A stretch of DNA of 64,000 bases from Amoebophrya sp. A120. Taxonomy: Eukaryota > Protista > Dinoflagellata. The position numbers and the translations under genes are program-made. The stretch lies in assembly GCA_905178155.1 (NCBI GenBank), contig CAJINV010000005.1:612564-676563 (forward strand), written 5' to 3'. A model generated the notes under the pieces. That model made no database searches, was not told the origin of the DNA, and saw only the letters and a list, made by a program, of their open reading frames with translations. Shown here piece by piece: positions 23,400 to 37,600 of this stretch (its first letter is position 1; each line of letters starts with the position of its first letter).

Positions 23400-26300
23400 T
23401 CACTGCAGATCGATCCGAATGCAAGAGTCCGCGGAGAAAACGTAGGGCACCGCCCCCACCTGGCTCGCTACCAGGCCGAACGCTGAGCTGGAGGCGATCA
23501 CCGCGACAGCCTTACTGAGCACCTGGAAGTCCAGCCACCCGTCGGAGACGCCCCGGATTTCGTCGAGCTTCGTGCGAGATGGATCGCCTCGGATGCGCTG
23601 GTCTTGTTCTTGCAAATGATTATTTCCTCCTTCTCCCAAATCTGCTGCACCTTCGGTAGTAGTTGTCCCAGCACTTGTAGTAGTTTTGTTGTTATTGAAC
23701 TGGGACAGGTGCGTTCGCGATTTCAGATTTCCATTGTGGACGATCTTTCCCTGCTGGATCCACGAGCGGATCTGCGGTACTTCCGAGAGCACCGCCGCGT
23801 TGTCCGTTGCCAAGTACCACTTCACCGTCACGCGCGGCCGTACTGGTATGGACGCTGTGCTGTTTTTGGTGGTACTACTACTAGCAGCTGACCCGTGGTC
23901 CTCCAGAAGATTCAACAGCTTCGAATGGCTTGCTAGGCTGTTCTTCTCGTTTTTCATCTCCAACTCTAGCACTCGTTCCACCTCTGCCGCGCAGCCCAGC
24001 ATCCGGACGAGCATATCGGTGCCATGGCGGATATCCAGGTCCTCGTTGACCTGGCCGAACCCCGCCACCAGATCGCCGGCACGGTAGTGAATCCCGATAA
24101 AGTACTCCCGGAACACGTCGAGACTGTTGGAGGTCAGGTCGTTTTGATCTCTTACTTCCTGAGGTGCATCTAGGTCGTCTACTTCTTTCATCGGCTGCTG
24201 TTTCTCTGCGACGTCAACATGCTGTTTCATCTCTTGTTCAATTCCTTCTTGTTCTTCCCCCTCCCACCGCTCCGCCAATTGCAAGTAGTGTTGCTGCGCG
24301 GCTAGCTGCACCGCCTCCTGATTCAGCTCGTCGGTATCGAAAGGCACGTAGGGATTCCGCAGAAACAGCATCCGCTTGAGCATGTGCAGGGAAGGTTGGA
24401 ACAAATACTCAAACATGTAGTGCATCAAATACGGCATCCGCACCCACTCTGTTGTGATCACGCGCTTCTCGTAGAATAAGTAGCGGCACTATCCAGGAAA
24501 ATAAAACACCAATCCCCAATATTTGTTTCTTGGATGACAAAAACACAAATGAAAGGCTTTGCTAGCGCATGGTATTGCATGACATCAAATTATTGGATAG
24601 GTATGCGTGTTTTTTCCTGGATAGGTACACTTGCCCGAAGAAGGACTTCTTGTTCGTGTAAATCAACAGCACTTCCTCGTCGGATTCGAGAAATTCTCGG
24701 AAATATTTCTGTTTGAACTCGTCGTAATCCCAGAGCAGGTAGGCCTTTTTCCGCAACAACCGCAATCTCTCCCGCTTCTCGTCGGTAACCACCCAATCGA
24801 CGTTCTTCTCCCCGGTGAAGGGGTCGCGCGCGGGCACCAGGAAATTCGAGAGCGCGATCGGGTCCTATGACAGTGCACAACTCCCCCTCCCCCTCCCCGC
24901 CCGCGCCCTCATTTGTGTTGCTGTTGCATTAACAGCAACACAAGCGCTGGCAAAGATGCAGCTTTTGCATGACAGATTCCTAGAGGGTTAAAGTGCTGTT
25001 TTGGATTCAGGAATCTGTCATGCAAACAGTGCTAACAGGCAAAGGATGGACGTGGAATTGCAATTTTGCATGACAAATGAGGGGGAGGGGGAGTTGTGCA
25101 CTCTCATAGGTCCGGCATGTCGATGAGAAACTCGCGGCCCAGGACAATGGCGAGCAAAAAGCTGACGAAAATGCCGTTCCACCGGTCCCCGTGGCCGCCA
25201 CAGGCGTAGGCCCCCGCGTGGCAACCGAACACCACGTATTTCTTTCTTTTCGTGAGAGAAGGGTCGTTCTTTCGGTTCTTCTTTCCCTCCTCGTCCCGCA
25301 ACCTCCCCCAAGCCTCTTCCAGTTCCCGTTTGAACAGAAATTTTCCGGCTTCCAAATCCCACGTCAGGTGGTCCTTCGGCTCCTCCACCAAATACTTTTT
25401 GTTCAGGTCGGACCGCAATATCCTGAGTAAAAACGTCCCCGCCCCAGAGTCAAGATGGGGATTTTGCAACACAAACCTCGAGGTTTTGGGAGCCACGCAT
25501 GACATAAACAGACTGTGCTGCTGCGGGAATGGCATTGTGTTTCGGGTGAGTTGATCAACCCAAAGACGCCGCCACCCCGGGCCCAACGGACCTGGCACTC
25601 CAAACAATAAACAACACACACACACACACGCCAACATATTTGTTGGACCTTTCAACCCAGCACCCGAGCACAATATACAGCAACGGGACCAGAACTGGAG
25701 CAGTCCAAATTACTTCACTATTTGGCAGAGCACAGTCCATCAGCGCATTGGAAGCACAGACAGATGTTTATCCTTGCCAGTTGCAGGCTGTAGTGTAATG
25801 CGGCTTAGCAAGGGGAGCCGGATAACAAATCCATCTCCTTATCCTGTTTACAGCATTACAAGTTCCAAAATACAATGGGAAATCAAATGCCTCTTATGGG
25901 GATGCGCATTAAAAATGCTCTCGTGCTTGCAGATCTGCATGACAACTCTGGGGTGGGGATGTTTTTACACGGGATACGCAAACCAGAATTCTTCCCGACC
26001 ACGATCGGTGGCAGAATTTGCGAGTCGTGGAGCGCAGTATTGCTGGCCGACGAGACCCAGGCCGCTTTCGTCTCGCCGTCCGCGATATGGATTGCAAAAA
26101 TGTCTGGGTCTGGAGGAATGCAGGAGTCTGTCATGGAGATTTTGCATGACCCATGAGGTCTGTGATGCATGCCCTAGCATCAGAGATTTTGCGAGGGCTT
26201 TCTGATGCTCATACCGCATGAGAAATGCCCTCTCCGCGTAGCACAAGTTACACCTCTTTTGCTGTTCATGCAATACAGTTTTTATGTAGATTGCAAAAGT

Positions 26301-29300
26301 AGCATCACAAGTTGTATCCTTCCAGACCCAGACATTTTTTATTTGATACGCGACCCCGCACCAGGCGTCGAACATCATCCGGCGTTTATCCCAAGTAAAA
26401 GCGTCCGCATCCAATACTTGTGCATGCAAGTCTGCATGCTGAAAATGTTTCTCATGCGGAGCCCCATGAAAAGCAGTTTTCTAGTCGTGTCACGGAATTT
26501 TTGATGCTCCAATCAGCACGACGTCCTACATCTGTGATGCTTCTGGACTACCTAAACAGGATCACACTACGAGGCAAAACTTGTCATGCGCGCCAACCAA
26601 AGCTTGTCGATTTGTCTAGCAGATTTTCCATCTTGGCTACGGGGTGGGGACGTTTTTACACAGGATAGCGTTGGCTAGTGCAGGAAAACCCGTCCACGTA
26701 AGCGTTGTGGTACGCCTCCCCGATGGCGTCCCGCATCCAACCACGTTCGTCGGTTAACCCAGCCGTGGAAGTCGCACTGAGCTGGGCGAAGAGATTATCA
26801 GAGTCGACGTTTTCGATGGTTTCTGAAAAAGTGCTAGTTTCTTCTGTTCTTTCTCCTGCGACCCCTTCTTGCTCCGCAACGAACCCTTCTAATAACTTCC
26901 CTCGTACGACCTGATTCTGCTCCAACGCCAGTCTTCGGGCATGCAAAACGGTGGTCGCCGTCTGCTCGGGGCCGCAATGCGGCGACAGTTTGATGTAGCA
27001 CCCCGGCAGCAATTCCCCGTTCGTTGTCGGCACGAAGTCGCCTTGCACGGCCAGGCTCTGGCTGCTCACATGTTCCTGCTTTCGCTGTTGCTCACTGGTC
27101 AATTGTAGGAAGTGCGGGGGCAGATACCACTTGAAACACCTATTTTTCGCGGCTACCTCGCAAATCCAGTCGACCAGTCGCGGGATGGTCATCCAGAGAT
27201 CCAAATCCCCGAAATCCAAATTCAGGTCCGGCTCCCAAAGCGTTTCCAGGACGCTCGCGCCGAAGTAGTGGTTGAGCCAGTAGACGTAATGCGGGGATTT
27301 CACGACTAGTAGAATGTTCACGGCCCAATTTGCGGCGTTCTGCACGATTTCCTGTAATTGCAACGTGGACAAAGAGTTCCGGGTTGACACGGGGTGGATG
27401 TAAATCACCAAAACGTCGGCGGCCACCTGCTCCTCCTTGTGCCCGAGCAACGGCCCGAAACCCCCGCGGGCCCGCGCCGACGTGGGCGCGGTGGCGACGC
27501 GGTTCTCCCCGAGCGCGACGTGGATCTGGTCGCGATTGCCGTGGCCGGAACGACGGAGGTGTTTTTTTTTTAACCACCGTTGGGTTCGGACGTGGAGCTT
27601 GCTTTCTAATTCCGGGGTCGCGAAGGAGTCGATTGCCTCCTCTTGCACGGCAATATCAACACCAGCGAAATAAAATCGTGTTGTTTTCATCGGGCACAGC
27701 AGAGTCTTTTCCATTTCCTCCTCTTGCTCTTCCGACAGCATGATGTCTGCGACGATGGCGCGACCCCGCGTTTCCTCTTTTTTTATGGAAGCGTCAGGAT
27801 TGAAATCGTCAAAGTTGAAATAATTTGTTATGCATAAAACGCAACCCACAAAGTGCCTGTCTTGCAGAGTAGGCAAGGGAGGCAGATTGCAAGCCTGTTG
27901 AGGGGTAGAAATAGAGCTGCTAAAGTAGCATGACAAAAGGCGTCTTCCTTACCCAAACAGCATTACAAACTGGATTTGGGCACCACCGAAACTTGTCATG
28001 CGCCACTTGAAAACTGGGCTCCAACTGGCATCCATTTTATGCATGGCAAATTATTTCAACTCTGACGATTTCAAACCTGACACATCCATATTTTTCGCCT
28101 CCAGCTCATCTTCGAAATACGGCGTTGAAGAAGTTTTCGACTTGACTGCTTTATCAGACATGCTGCTTGTTTCTCTTTCATGTGATGTAGTTGTACCATC
28201 ATTTTCATTATGTGCCCCGTCGACGGGGCTTGTTTCTTTCTTCTTTTCCCAGCGCCACGAGGGCAGCGCGTTAAACGTATCGGGGTGGGCGAACGCAGAG
28301 GCAGGCGCGGCGGTGCCAGCACCTGTTGTAACATGATGTTGATCCTGCGCCGCGATGAGCCTCGTCCTCCCGGGCACAAACGCCAGCAATTCCTCGTCAT
28401 ACGCCACTACTCGTTCGGTCACCGGCTCCGTCACAAAGCCCGCCTTGACCACCCGCCACTCAAACTCGTTCTTTAATCGATTTGCGAGCACCAAGGCCGC
28501 ACGGCCGTCAGGTAAGGATCCGGATCGGGAGGTTGTTCTCGGGCTTGATGATGATGATGATGTTGTTGCACCCGAATCATCATGTGATGCTGCACTGGAA
28601 ATAACGGTGCTGCCAACATCTTCGAATTCCTTCCCGCCTCCGAAACTTGATGCTTCTGCGAAAGCAAACGCGCACCAGGCTTTTTCTTCGTCTTGAAAGC
28701 CGTTCATCTCGGCAAGTACGCCACCATGAAAGCTAGTCTTTGGCCTGCTCCCTGCAGCTTCCGCCAGTCCCTCCAGAAGCCACGCCTCTTCCTCATCCTG
28801 TTCCTGGCCGTCAGTGACGTCCTCTTCGGCAGGAGCGCTGTTGACTGTCAACGTTCTCCTTGCAGGGGAATCATTTGACGCAACAGCGGCTGCGCCATCG
28901 TTTATTGTTTCTGGTGTGCTAGATACGTTTTCGACGTTGTTGCCCGCTTCTGCTGCTCCAATTATACCCTCGTCGTCGTCTTTCTCCCAAAGGCGGCTTT
29001 GCTGAACATGATCTCCACACCCTCTCTGCGCCCACTGCTGCAATAAAGAAATCTTGTGGTGCGCCACGCGACCATTCTTGTGCAGCACGGCGCCCTCGGC
29101 GGTTAAGAAGTCTTCCTTACGATATTCCACCGACAAGAGCCGCTCCACATCGCTCTCCAAACTGCGGCCCAGGTACCGCAGCTCAGCTGCCCAATCGCGA
29201 TGCTTGAAATCGGGAGGCGTGTTAGCGAAGACGAGTGTCAAGAAAACTTGTAGCGGTAACAGAATGCATCTGAGCAAGCGCGGCCATAAGGGGTGATGGG

Positions 29301-29475
29301 GCAAAGCCCTAAGACGGAAAATGGAAAAAAACGATTTTCTCACAGGTTGTAGATTCGAAGCGGCCCAAGGCATGGAAAGCAACCTTTTTTCGCTGGTGGC
29401 CTCTGCGAAACCTGAAAGCAAATTTCTCGAAATAACTAGTACAGGTCTTATTTGACACGTTGCGTCCATCGCCAT
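23400..29475 (-). CDS. Large protein (~1,419 aa) with a C-terminal GT-B fucosyltransferase-like domain; 6 introners
   Basis: Removing six elements (+5 bp each) leaves 4,260 nt in one frame. Motifs GGHGDRWNG, GIHYRAGD, YLATDN and DFQVLSKA...SSSAFG match motifs I-III of alpha-1,2/alpha-1,6/O-fucosyltransferases. The start codon is uncertain. Confidence 0.8.
24490..24623. mobile_element. Introner family H (134 bp), TSD GGCAC/GGTAC
   Basis: TATCCAGGAAAA...TTTTCCTGGATA; the join gives GQVYRYLFYEKRVITTEW. Confidence 0.85.
24866..25108. mobile_element. Introner family C (243 bp), TSD GGTCC
   Basis: TATGACAGTGCACAACTCCCCCTCCCCC...GGGGGAGGGGGAGTTGTGCACTCTCATA. Confidence 0.92.
25419..25976. mobile_element. 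Introner family G with a ~280-bp nested insertion (558 bp), TSD CGCAA
   Basis: G-family ends; extra sequence ~25504-25777 is absent from the other G copies. Confidence 0.9.
26086..26348. mobile_element. Introner family F (263 bp; opposite orientation to 19969), TSD CGCGA
   Basis: TATGGATTGCAAAAATGTCTGGGTCTGG...CCAGACCCAGACATTTTTTATTTGATA. Confidence 0.92.
26387..26667. mobile_element. Diverged G-like introner (281 bp), TSD GCGTT
   Basis: TATCCCAAGTAAAAGCGTCCGCATCC...GGGTGGGGACGTTTTTACACAGGATA. Confidence 0.85.
27784..28090. mobile_element. Introner family B (307 bp), TSD TTTTT
   Basis: TATGGAAGCGTCAGG...CCTGACACATCCATA; the join gives LEAKKEETRGR. Confidence 0.92.
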
Positions 29476-31661
29476 GGCTCATCTATTTAGTTAGACAGAA
29501 TTTATCATTGCATACAAGTCGTGTAGAGAAAGAAAAAGAAGACTCAGACAGAACCACTTCTACGACTCGAAATGCATTCGTATCATGTACAGAGAAGATC
29601 CAATAATAATTGCGTTTGCTTGTGTACACCATCACCAGCGAAAGATTACGATAGTGATATTAAACGGGATCATGGCAGGCTTTCTCACGATGAAGATGAA
29701 GAGCCAAGATCTGTCCACATAGAGTGTCAGTCGTGCACAAGATCTAGAACTCTCAAAGAAACAAGAAATATTAGTAGAACAAAAAATCTGCACGACCACC
29801 AGATCCGGAACATTATTTTTACCAGCACGACGACATCCATGGTAGGAGACCGAGCAGACCACCGGGATAGAAATTGCAACGAGTCTACGACGAGTCATTC
29901 TACTGCGGTTGATGTGTCACGATGCTTCAACAACCTCCTAAACCCAGGTCAGACCGGTACAGTACGTGCTACCACGTCCGGAAAGAATTCTGTTGCGAAG
30001 AGTAGCCCGCAACTTGTTGCAAGGCCGCTCAGCGCACTGGATTCAGAACGCCCTTCTGCCTTTGAAATAGTCCGATCGCAATGCCATTGCGATCGCACTA
30101 TTCCAACGCCTTACACCATTGAATGGTGTATTACTGATTCAATTTCAAATAAAATTTTCATTCAAATAAAGCTCTGCGTGAAACATTTGCGACCTTTTTG
30201 AAGGTCTGTTGGTGATTAAATATTTCCATGTTTTTTGTTCACATCTTTCAAGCGTTGACCCAGCCGTGGTGGGAAAAAATCATTCAGCATCAGCTTTCAG
30301 GTGATTTGTAACAAGTAAAATTACAGATAGGCATGGGCCGATGCTGTCCTAGCGGCCGCATGAAATAAAGTAAACGCAGTACGTGAAAGAACAAACGTTG
30401 AGGTAGATAAAGCAGTAGCAGGCCGAAGATTATCATAGAGACTTTGTTTTCATCATGAAGCTCGGCTTTCAAGTTCTTTCTGATGAATAAGAGAGCTGCG
30501 CTGGAAAGTAGCTGCGCTGTCTATATGTTCATTTTGCTACCAAAACGTGTGATGTGGCTGAGACTCATAGCTCTCCGATTTTCTGGCTGGCCTTGGTAGA
30601 TCGCAAAAAGTGTATCGGTACGTCAAGTGATACGTATACAAAATGGTAGTCCTTCATACGCACGCTTTGCAGAAGGTATTCCCTTGCACGGTTCAGCCCC
30701 AGCACCTCGCGTATCATCATAAGGGGACAAGGAAAGGCAGCACTTTCTTAGCTGCATATCTTCATCTTAATATCGCCAATATAAGTACGCAATTACAAAA
30801 CTGGGAAACGATTCTACCTGCCCACACCAATCATATTAGAGCACGAAAGGCCAATATTTCTGGAGGTCCTGTGCGAGCAACAGCGAGGGCCGCATTGCAG
30901 CTGTCGCATCAACAACTTACAGTGACTCTAATTCATTAGAATAAGTGCAACATTGAATTTACATTTATTTTCTGATTGACTATACATAGGGCAAAAACCT
31001 TTCCCGCGCCAACATTCACAGTCTGATTCTGACGCAAGAGCCCCAACCTCAATCTGATCCTGCCACACTGAACAAGATGGCGCGATCGACACAGTATAGC
31101 AATCTTCAAAGATGCGTCTGTCCTAGCTAACAAGTCAAAGTGTCTATAATTCTTCGTCCGGCTTATATATAATCATTAGTGTAAACATCATGCCGTTCTT
31201 CCGATGTATGGATCTCGGAAACCGAAAAAAAAAATGAAAAACAAAACCCCCGAAAGTATAATACTGATCTCGGCCACGATCAAGACCAATTTATGGAAAC
31301 CTGTGTTGCTTTTGGTTTCGGTTTGAAAAAAATACAAAGACATGATGTATTTTGTGGCCTAGAATAGAGGGCCGTCAGTTTTGTTTTTGGATTTTTTGTG
31401 CGTGGGGGGCACAGAATAAACTAACATAATCAGGCGTGTGTGATCCAAGAGCGAAGTTGAGTGAGATCATTGTTTTGTTAGTGTACGAGATTAGGGCCGT
31501 TGATGACACTTCTGGACTGTGAAGTATTTTTGATTCGTCATTGGTTTTTATTTCTAATATTGGACTGCAAGCGAGATGCTCAAGCCTTGCAGCACACAGA
31601 GGCAAGACTCGGAAAATTGTGACAGCCGCCTCGATGTTTCAACAACAAGCGCAAACTTTTT

Positions 31662-34600
31662 TCACTGGTATTCATACCCCGTGAGCGATCGCAGGGTGCG
31701 CTGCGCCGGACGCCGGTACGACTGGCTCGGCGAGTTGTGTCCGTGCGATTTTGACAAATTTTCTCCGTTGTTTGCCCCTGTATCCTCGTCGGAAGAGGAA
31801 GTGGGAGATTGGTTTATGTCACCTCGCCTGTTCATAGTCATGTAATCCCCAAAAGGATCACTAATGCTGGAGGAGGTCACAGGCGGAATCATTGACATAG
31901 AACGCACAGCGTTCGTGGCCGGAAAGACCTCTCCTGAGGATGATGAACTTTGCTGTCGATGACTCTCTGCAGCTGCGGCAGCTGCGCCGGCATCTGCAAG
32001 CCGCCGCAACTGTTGTGCCGCCGGCGCAGCACTCTGTGCAATTTCTTCTACTTGGCCAACAACAGGATTAGTATTGTACCCCAGATTGCCTGTGGTCATT
32101 GTTCCGACGTTTGCAGCAGGGAGAGTAGAGCCCTCCAGTTGAAGTTGGCCTTGCTGGTGAAGTTGTTGGCCCTGCTGCTGACCACCTGTTCCAAGGCTGC
32201 CTTGTTGCACCTGCTGCTGCATTAGTGCGTGTAATTTTCGATTTTCCTCCAACAATTGCTGCACCAAAAGCTGCTGGCGCATCGCATCATTCTCTTGCTT
32301 CTTCCTCGCGTTTTCTTGGATCAGTCTCTGCAACGTCTCTGGGGACGAGCTCGGATCATGGTTGAGAAGCTGCGTGTTTGTTGTTCCCGTCGCAAATGAA
32401 GCCGTCGAGTGCGCCGGCTGCTGTTGCTGTGGTGCAATAACGTGACTACTATTACCTCCGAGGAGCGCTAGCCCTCCACCCCCACCGACCGCACTGCTGT
32501 TTGTGGACGGTGGCAGCTGCTGTGAACCTCCTCCTACGCTGTGCCCTTGCTGCTGCAGCAAGTGGCTCAGGCAACTGATTCCGAGAGTGGTTTGGTGCTG
32601 CTGTTGTTGCTGTGGTTGATGTCCAACATGTCCACCTCCACCTGGCAGCTGCAGCAGAGGCTGTCCCCCTCCACCAACGCCAGACCACGTGGCGGACCCG
32701 GTGCTCAACCCGCTGAGGGACGCGGTAGACAGAAGAGGCGGGCATGCGTTAGGCGTTTGCAGATTCAGATTCTGCTGGAGCTGAAGCTGGTTCAGAGTGA
32801 CATTGTTGATACTGCTAGTACTAGAGACCACTCCACTGCTGGAAAATGTATGTGCACGATCATGTTGTGGTTGTGCTGTCGCACCAGCTACGGTACTGTG
32901 GAGGACAATCTCGCCGGAGGTACTGCTCGTCGAATTACCACTGTGCATCTCCGAGTGCCGCTGCCGAACCAAGGGATGGCCGCCAATCTGTAGGCTGTCG
33001 CTAAACAGGTTATTTGTAGTTGGATTCACTGCTGCACCCGATGATCCCAATAGTCCCTGCTGCAGGTTGATAGTACTCTGATGAGAATCTGTCACAACTC
33101 CCGCCGGATTTGCTGGGTTAGAAGCTTCTGCACCCACGAGATCATGAAACGCGCCAGTGTTGGTCGTGGTTGGTTGAACATGAACACCAGAAGGAGGATG
33201 GTTGACATTAAGAGCTGCTGGCCCAACAGCAGGCCCCCCGCCTCCCACATTTGAGGCAGCCCCGCCGCTGGTGTTGATGAGTGGCTGCTGGTTCTGCTGC
33301 TGAAACATCTGCGCGACAAGCGTTTGCAGTCCATTGTTTGCACCCGTGTAGTTCATCAACGTCGACCCAGCGACGTCATGCGCGGACACAGCACCGCTCT
33401 GAACACGATGTTGGGCCGCGGCCACTGCACCCGACGGGTGACTCGTTGTGTTTGGCTGTTGCAGTGGCGTTTGCGGATAGAGGTTGCTTGTATTTGCCGA
33501 TGCCGGCGCGCCGTGGTTCATGCTGCGATGTAGTTGATCGGTAGTGAAGATGTTGCCACTCAAATTTCCGCACCCACTGCCTGCGTGTGTCGTGTAGTCA
33601 GCGGTGGGCATGCTCAACAGCAGTGGACTTGGACTTGATGTGGATGTAGTTCCAAGAATGTTAGTACTACCTCCCGGGGCGGTGGGAGTCTGTGTCTGCT
33701 GTTGCTGCTGCTGCAGGTGGCCCCCGGTTATCAGGTTCATATTATGGCTGCTAGTATTATGTCCACCACCGACTGCAATAACTCCAGACGATGAACCGAG
33801 CTGCTGCATTTCCGCGGTATTAAACTGGCCACTGGCCGTTCCCAGCATCCCCCCAGCCCAGCTACCCGAGCCTGAGTGCGTCCGTGCACCGAGGGAGGAG
33901 GGGTGCTGTGTGGTGGCTGTCTCCCCATGGATAGAGGAAGGCGGGACGTGTTGGACGTAATTGTCATTGTTTCCGCCCATAATCTTGCGGGCCAGATCAT
34001 GAACATGATGATGCTGGCTGTCTGTTGTAGTCATTGACTGAGACTGTTGCAATGGTGCCCCCGGCTGGACCTTAGGATCCCCCGTCGTGTTATTTGCTTG
34101 TTGTTCCAAGGGAATCAGCTGCTCCTGATGCATCTGCTGGTGCCCAACGTGGTCCACCTGCGCAACTACAGATGAGCCCGATCCAGACCCAGCTTGATGC
34201 TGCTGGTGTTGCAGTTGCACTGCTGGCCCCCCGCCACCACCGCCAAACAGCAAAGAACCAACCACCGACCCTGATGCAGCAGAAGAACCCCCCGCGGAGG
34301 TTCCGAAAGCTGGGGGAGCAGACAACACAGGTTGGAAATGGCCTTGGCCGCTAGCGTTGCTTACAATCGTACTTGCTCCGCCGACAGAATACTTGCCCGG
34401 GGTTGCTTGCTGTTCTTGCTGGTGAATAAACATCGTGGGAGTTGCTCCTGCAGGCCCGCCAGGAGCCGACGAAATTTGTATTTGACTGTTAATATCCGGC
34501 TTACTAGTATCACGACCTCCCCCTGCTCCATCTGACAGATAGTGGTTGTTCAGGGAACTGGAACTCATTCCAGATGAGCCGACGTAATTATTGCTGTAGC

Positions 34601-37600
34601 TGTTGATATTATTCGTTCCAACGTCAGCACTCGATGAGCCCGCCGTCGTTGCGGTCACCTGGTGATGCGAAACATCACGACCGGGTTGCCCATTTTCACT
34701 TCGGTGTGGAAAAGTGCTGGATGTTGAACTGCTGCTGTTATTATTACGAACGAGTTGTTGTGAATTATGGCTACTTGTTCCACCACTCGAATTGTTCTGG
34801 TTCTGAAACACGTTATGATGCAGCAGACCCCCCCGACCGTAATGGATGTTCTTTCCTTTTTTTGCACCAGCAACAACACCTGGAGGGTTGTTGTAAATGT
34901 TCATCATGTTGGAACTTGTGTCCAGCATCCCATTTTTCCCCTTCTCCTCGTCTCCGCCAAGGTTCATTCCGGTTTGCCAGCACTGCGAAGTTAGCTCCTC
35001 AATGACCCGCCGCTCCTCTCGCCGTTGCCGCTCTTTGTCTGCATGCTCCTTGTCAAGTCGGGGACCTTTCTTTCCAGCCGGAGGGGGCGCAGATGGGAAA
35101 GGTAGCACACCTTCGACGTCTCCAGCAAAGGTACTAGCACCGAAATGACTTCCACCATCGCCTGCTCTCGCGGAAGCTTTAGATATCGTGTTGAACTTAC
35201 TGTATTTCGCAGAAGCGGGATCTTGTATATTTCCAGCATGCAGGTTGCAGGCGGCCATGTTGATCGTCATATTGTGGTCACCCTTGCCTCTTTTCCCAAC
35301 GCCCTTGTGAACAAGATGTGAGCAGTCATGTTCGTCATCATATCGCGACAGCGGCTCTCCTCCTCCCGGTGGACCACGTGGTCCTTCTCCACCGTCCCAG
35401 GCACTATGGTTGTTGCTGTAAGAGCTCACCGCCGCGCGATCATGCTCACTGCCTTGATCTTGAAAAGGGCGTTGCTGCTGGTAATCCAATTTGTGTGACG
35501 TTGAGGCATGCACACTTGCGCCCCAGTAGTTGCTGGATGAAGACCAAGAATTATCACCGTTGTACATATTCACTCTATTACCGTAGCTCGTGTTCTCAAC
35601 AACGTCGTTGGAATGCGCTCGACGAAATAAGCCAGTTGCACCTTTTCCGCCTTTTTGCTGAGAGAAGTGTGGCGGGTCATGGTGCTGATGTGTCTGAGGA
35701 AAATCTTCTTGATTTTGATTGTGGAGGTGATCAAACGGTGGAAACTGAACAGCTTGTTGAGCACCTTTATTCCCGTTGTATTCATCCGAAGTTGCCGCCG
35801 AGGACTTCGACGATCCAACGGGATCCAGCACTTGATGCTCCCCTCTGCTGTGCGGCCATGATGACGACGTCGAGAACAAGTAATCGTTGTTTATTCCCTC
35901 TTCAATGTTCATTTTACCGACACCCGCCACGTCATCCAGCGCGGCAGTGCGCTGCTGCAGGTCTTCTTCAGAACCGCCCGGTAACATGGAGCCCGGAAAA
36001 TTTCTGTGACCAAGGACTTGGTCCAGCGAATTGTGCATCCTGGCGCCGCCGCGCTCGCGCCCAACACGCCTCCAGGCACACTGCTGGGGCCCGCCTCCCC
36101 AGAAGTCGCCTTTACCATTATTTTTGTTTCGATTAATACAACCTCGAGAGACGGTTGTGCTGTTTTTTGAGTTGTAACCACCTTTCGTTCGACCGGGCGG
36201 GAGGTGAAAGTTGGACATCAATTCTCCCGGGTTGCTGTACAATGATTCCAGCACATAATCAAACGGCGCGGCTCCCGGAACCGGCAGTCGTGGTGGGGCT
36301 GGCGGTGGAGGTGGTGGTCCTCCGGACGGTCCTGTCGTCCTGGCCGACGTCGAAAATCCTGCTGCCTCCTGCTCTTGGTGCTTCTCCTGCTTCGAGGGAG
36401 AAGGACGAGAAAGGTCACTCGCATTGACATTGTGTTGAAGATCATTTTGATTCTGCTGCTGGCCCCCAGTCTGGACAACAACAGCATTTCCCCCGTTATT
36501 TCTACTGTTGCCACGATGTTGTCCCTGCTTGTTAAACTGGTAGTTTTCTGTGGCTTGTTTACTCCTCGAAGACCTGTTGCCGCCTCCTGGGTGGGTGTTC
36601 GTCGTGGCTCCTGCTGTCGTTGTATACTGCGTCAATCTTCCCGCAATCGAATGAAGCATGGGCGCGTCGGAAGCGCCTTGATGGAAATGGTGCTGTGGAG
36701 TAGATGATATAGCCGACGACCCCAAAGCACCGGTTGCATTCGCTGTCGCGATTCCTGTCGTGCCTCCGTGGGACGTAACTTTCTGGGAAGTCGTCACGCG
36801 GTGGTCTTGCTGGTTTTTATGCTTGAGGTTGTTCTGACCAGCTGCATTTTGCTGTTGATGTTGATGTGATGAAGTACTATCATTCTTGATCTTGTTCCCG
36901 GCAGCCCCCAAAGTAGCACCAGCACCAGCACCTCCCCCAATGCCCCCGCCGCGTTGCGGCCCTCCGTTGTTTTTTTCGTACAGCTGCGCGTCCTGCAGTA
37001 GCAGTTCCTCCTGCAAAAGTAAAATCTCCTCCAGCACGTCCCGGCGGTCCAAAGTGGACATCATAGCGTGCGTTTCGGCCAGAAACGTTGGCGGCTGCAG
37101 CTGCACGAGCGCCGCGGCGGTCTGCTGCATTTGCTGCAGGTCTTGCGGAGCGGTGGCTGGTACTTCTACTTGTTGGGTGGTGTTATAATTTGCGTCTAGG
37201 GTTTGGATTTTGTTCTGGCTCTTCTTGCTTCCGGCTGGATCGCCTCGCGCTTTCTCCCGGTTAACATCCTTCTGGTCCTGGGTGGCTGAGTCTCGTAGTT
37301 GTTCCCTTCGCTGCCACTGCTCCATGGCCACCGAGCTGCTCATAATCGCGGTCCAAACCTGCGGTGGGAGTTTCCGTCTCAGCTCGTTCGCCGTCATGTG
37401 AATAGCAGCGTAGACTCTCTGGAACCGCATGCCCAGGAACCGCTTCACGCAGGAATGTAAGTTCGTCTGGTCCCGGGTCATCATGCCCTTCGTGTTGATT
37501 TTCTTCTTGTTGTTCTCCGTGACAATGTCGTAACTCTGATCCCGGGGAACCTGCTTCACCAAGCCAGACCGGCGGAAAGTCGTAGCGTTCTGCTTGTCCT

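Noticed and set aside
19969-28090. Repeats alternating with 30-110 bp unique segments as a CRISPR-like array
   Set aside because: The repeats are 130-560 bp inverted-repeat elements of different families, the spacers are in-frame exons, and there are no cas genes.
29572-30201. 209-aa plus-strand ORF
   Set aside because: No motif, against the direction of every other gene, and no supporting splice structure.
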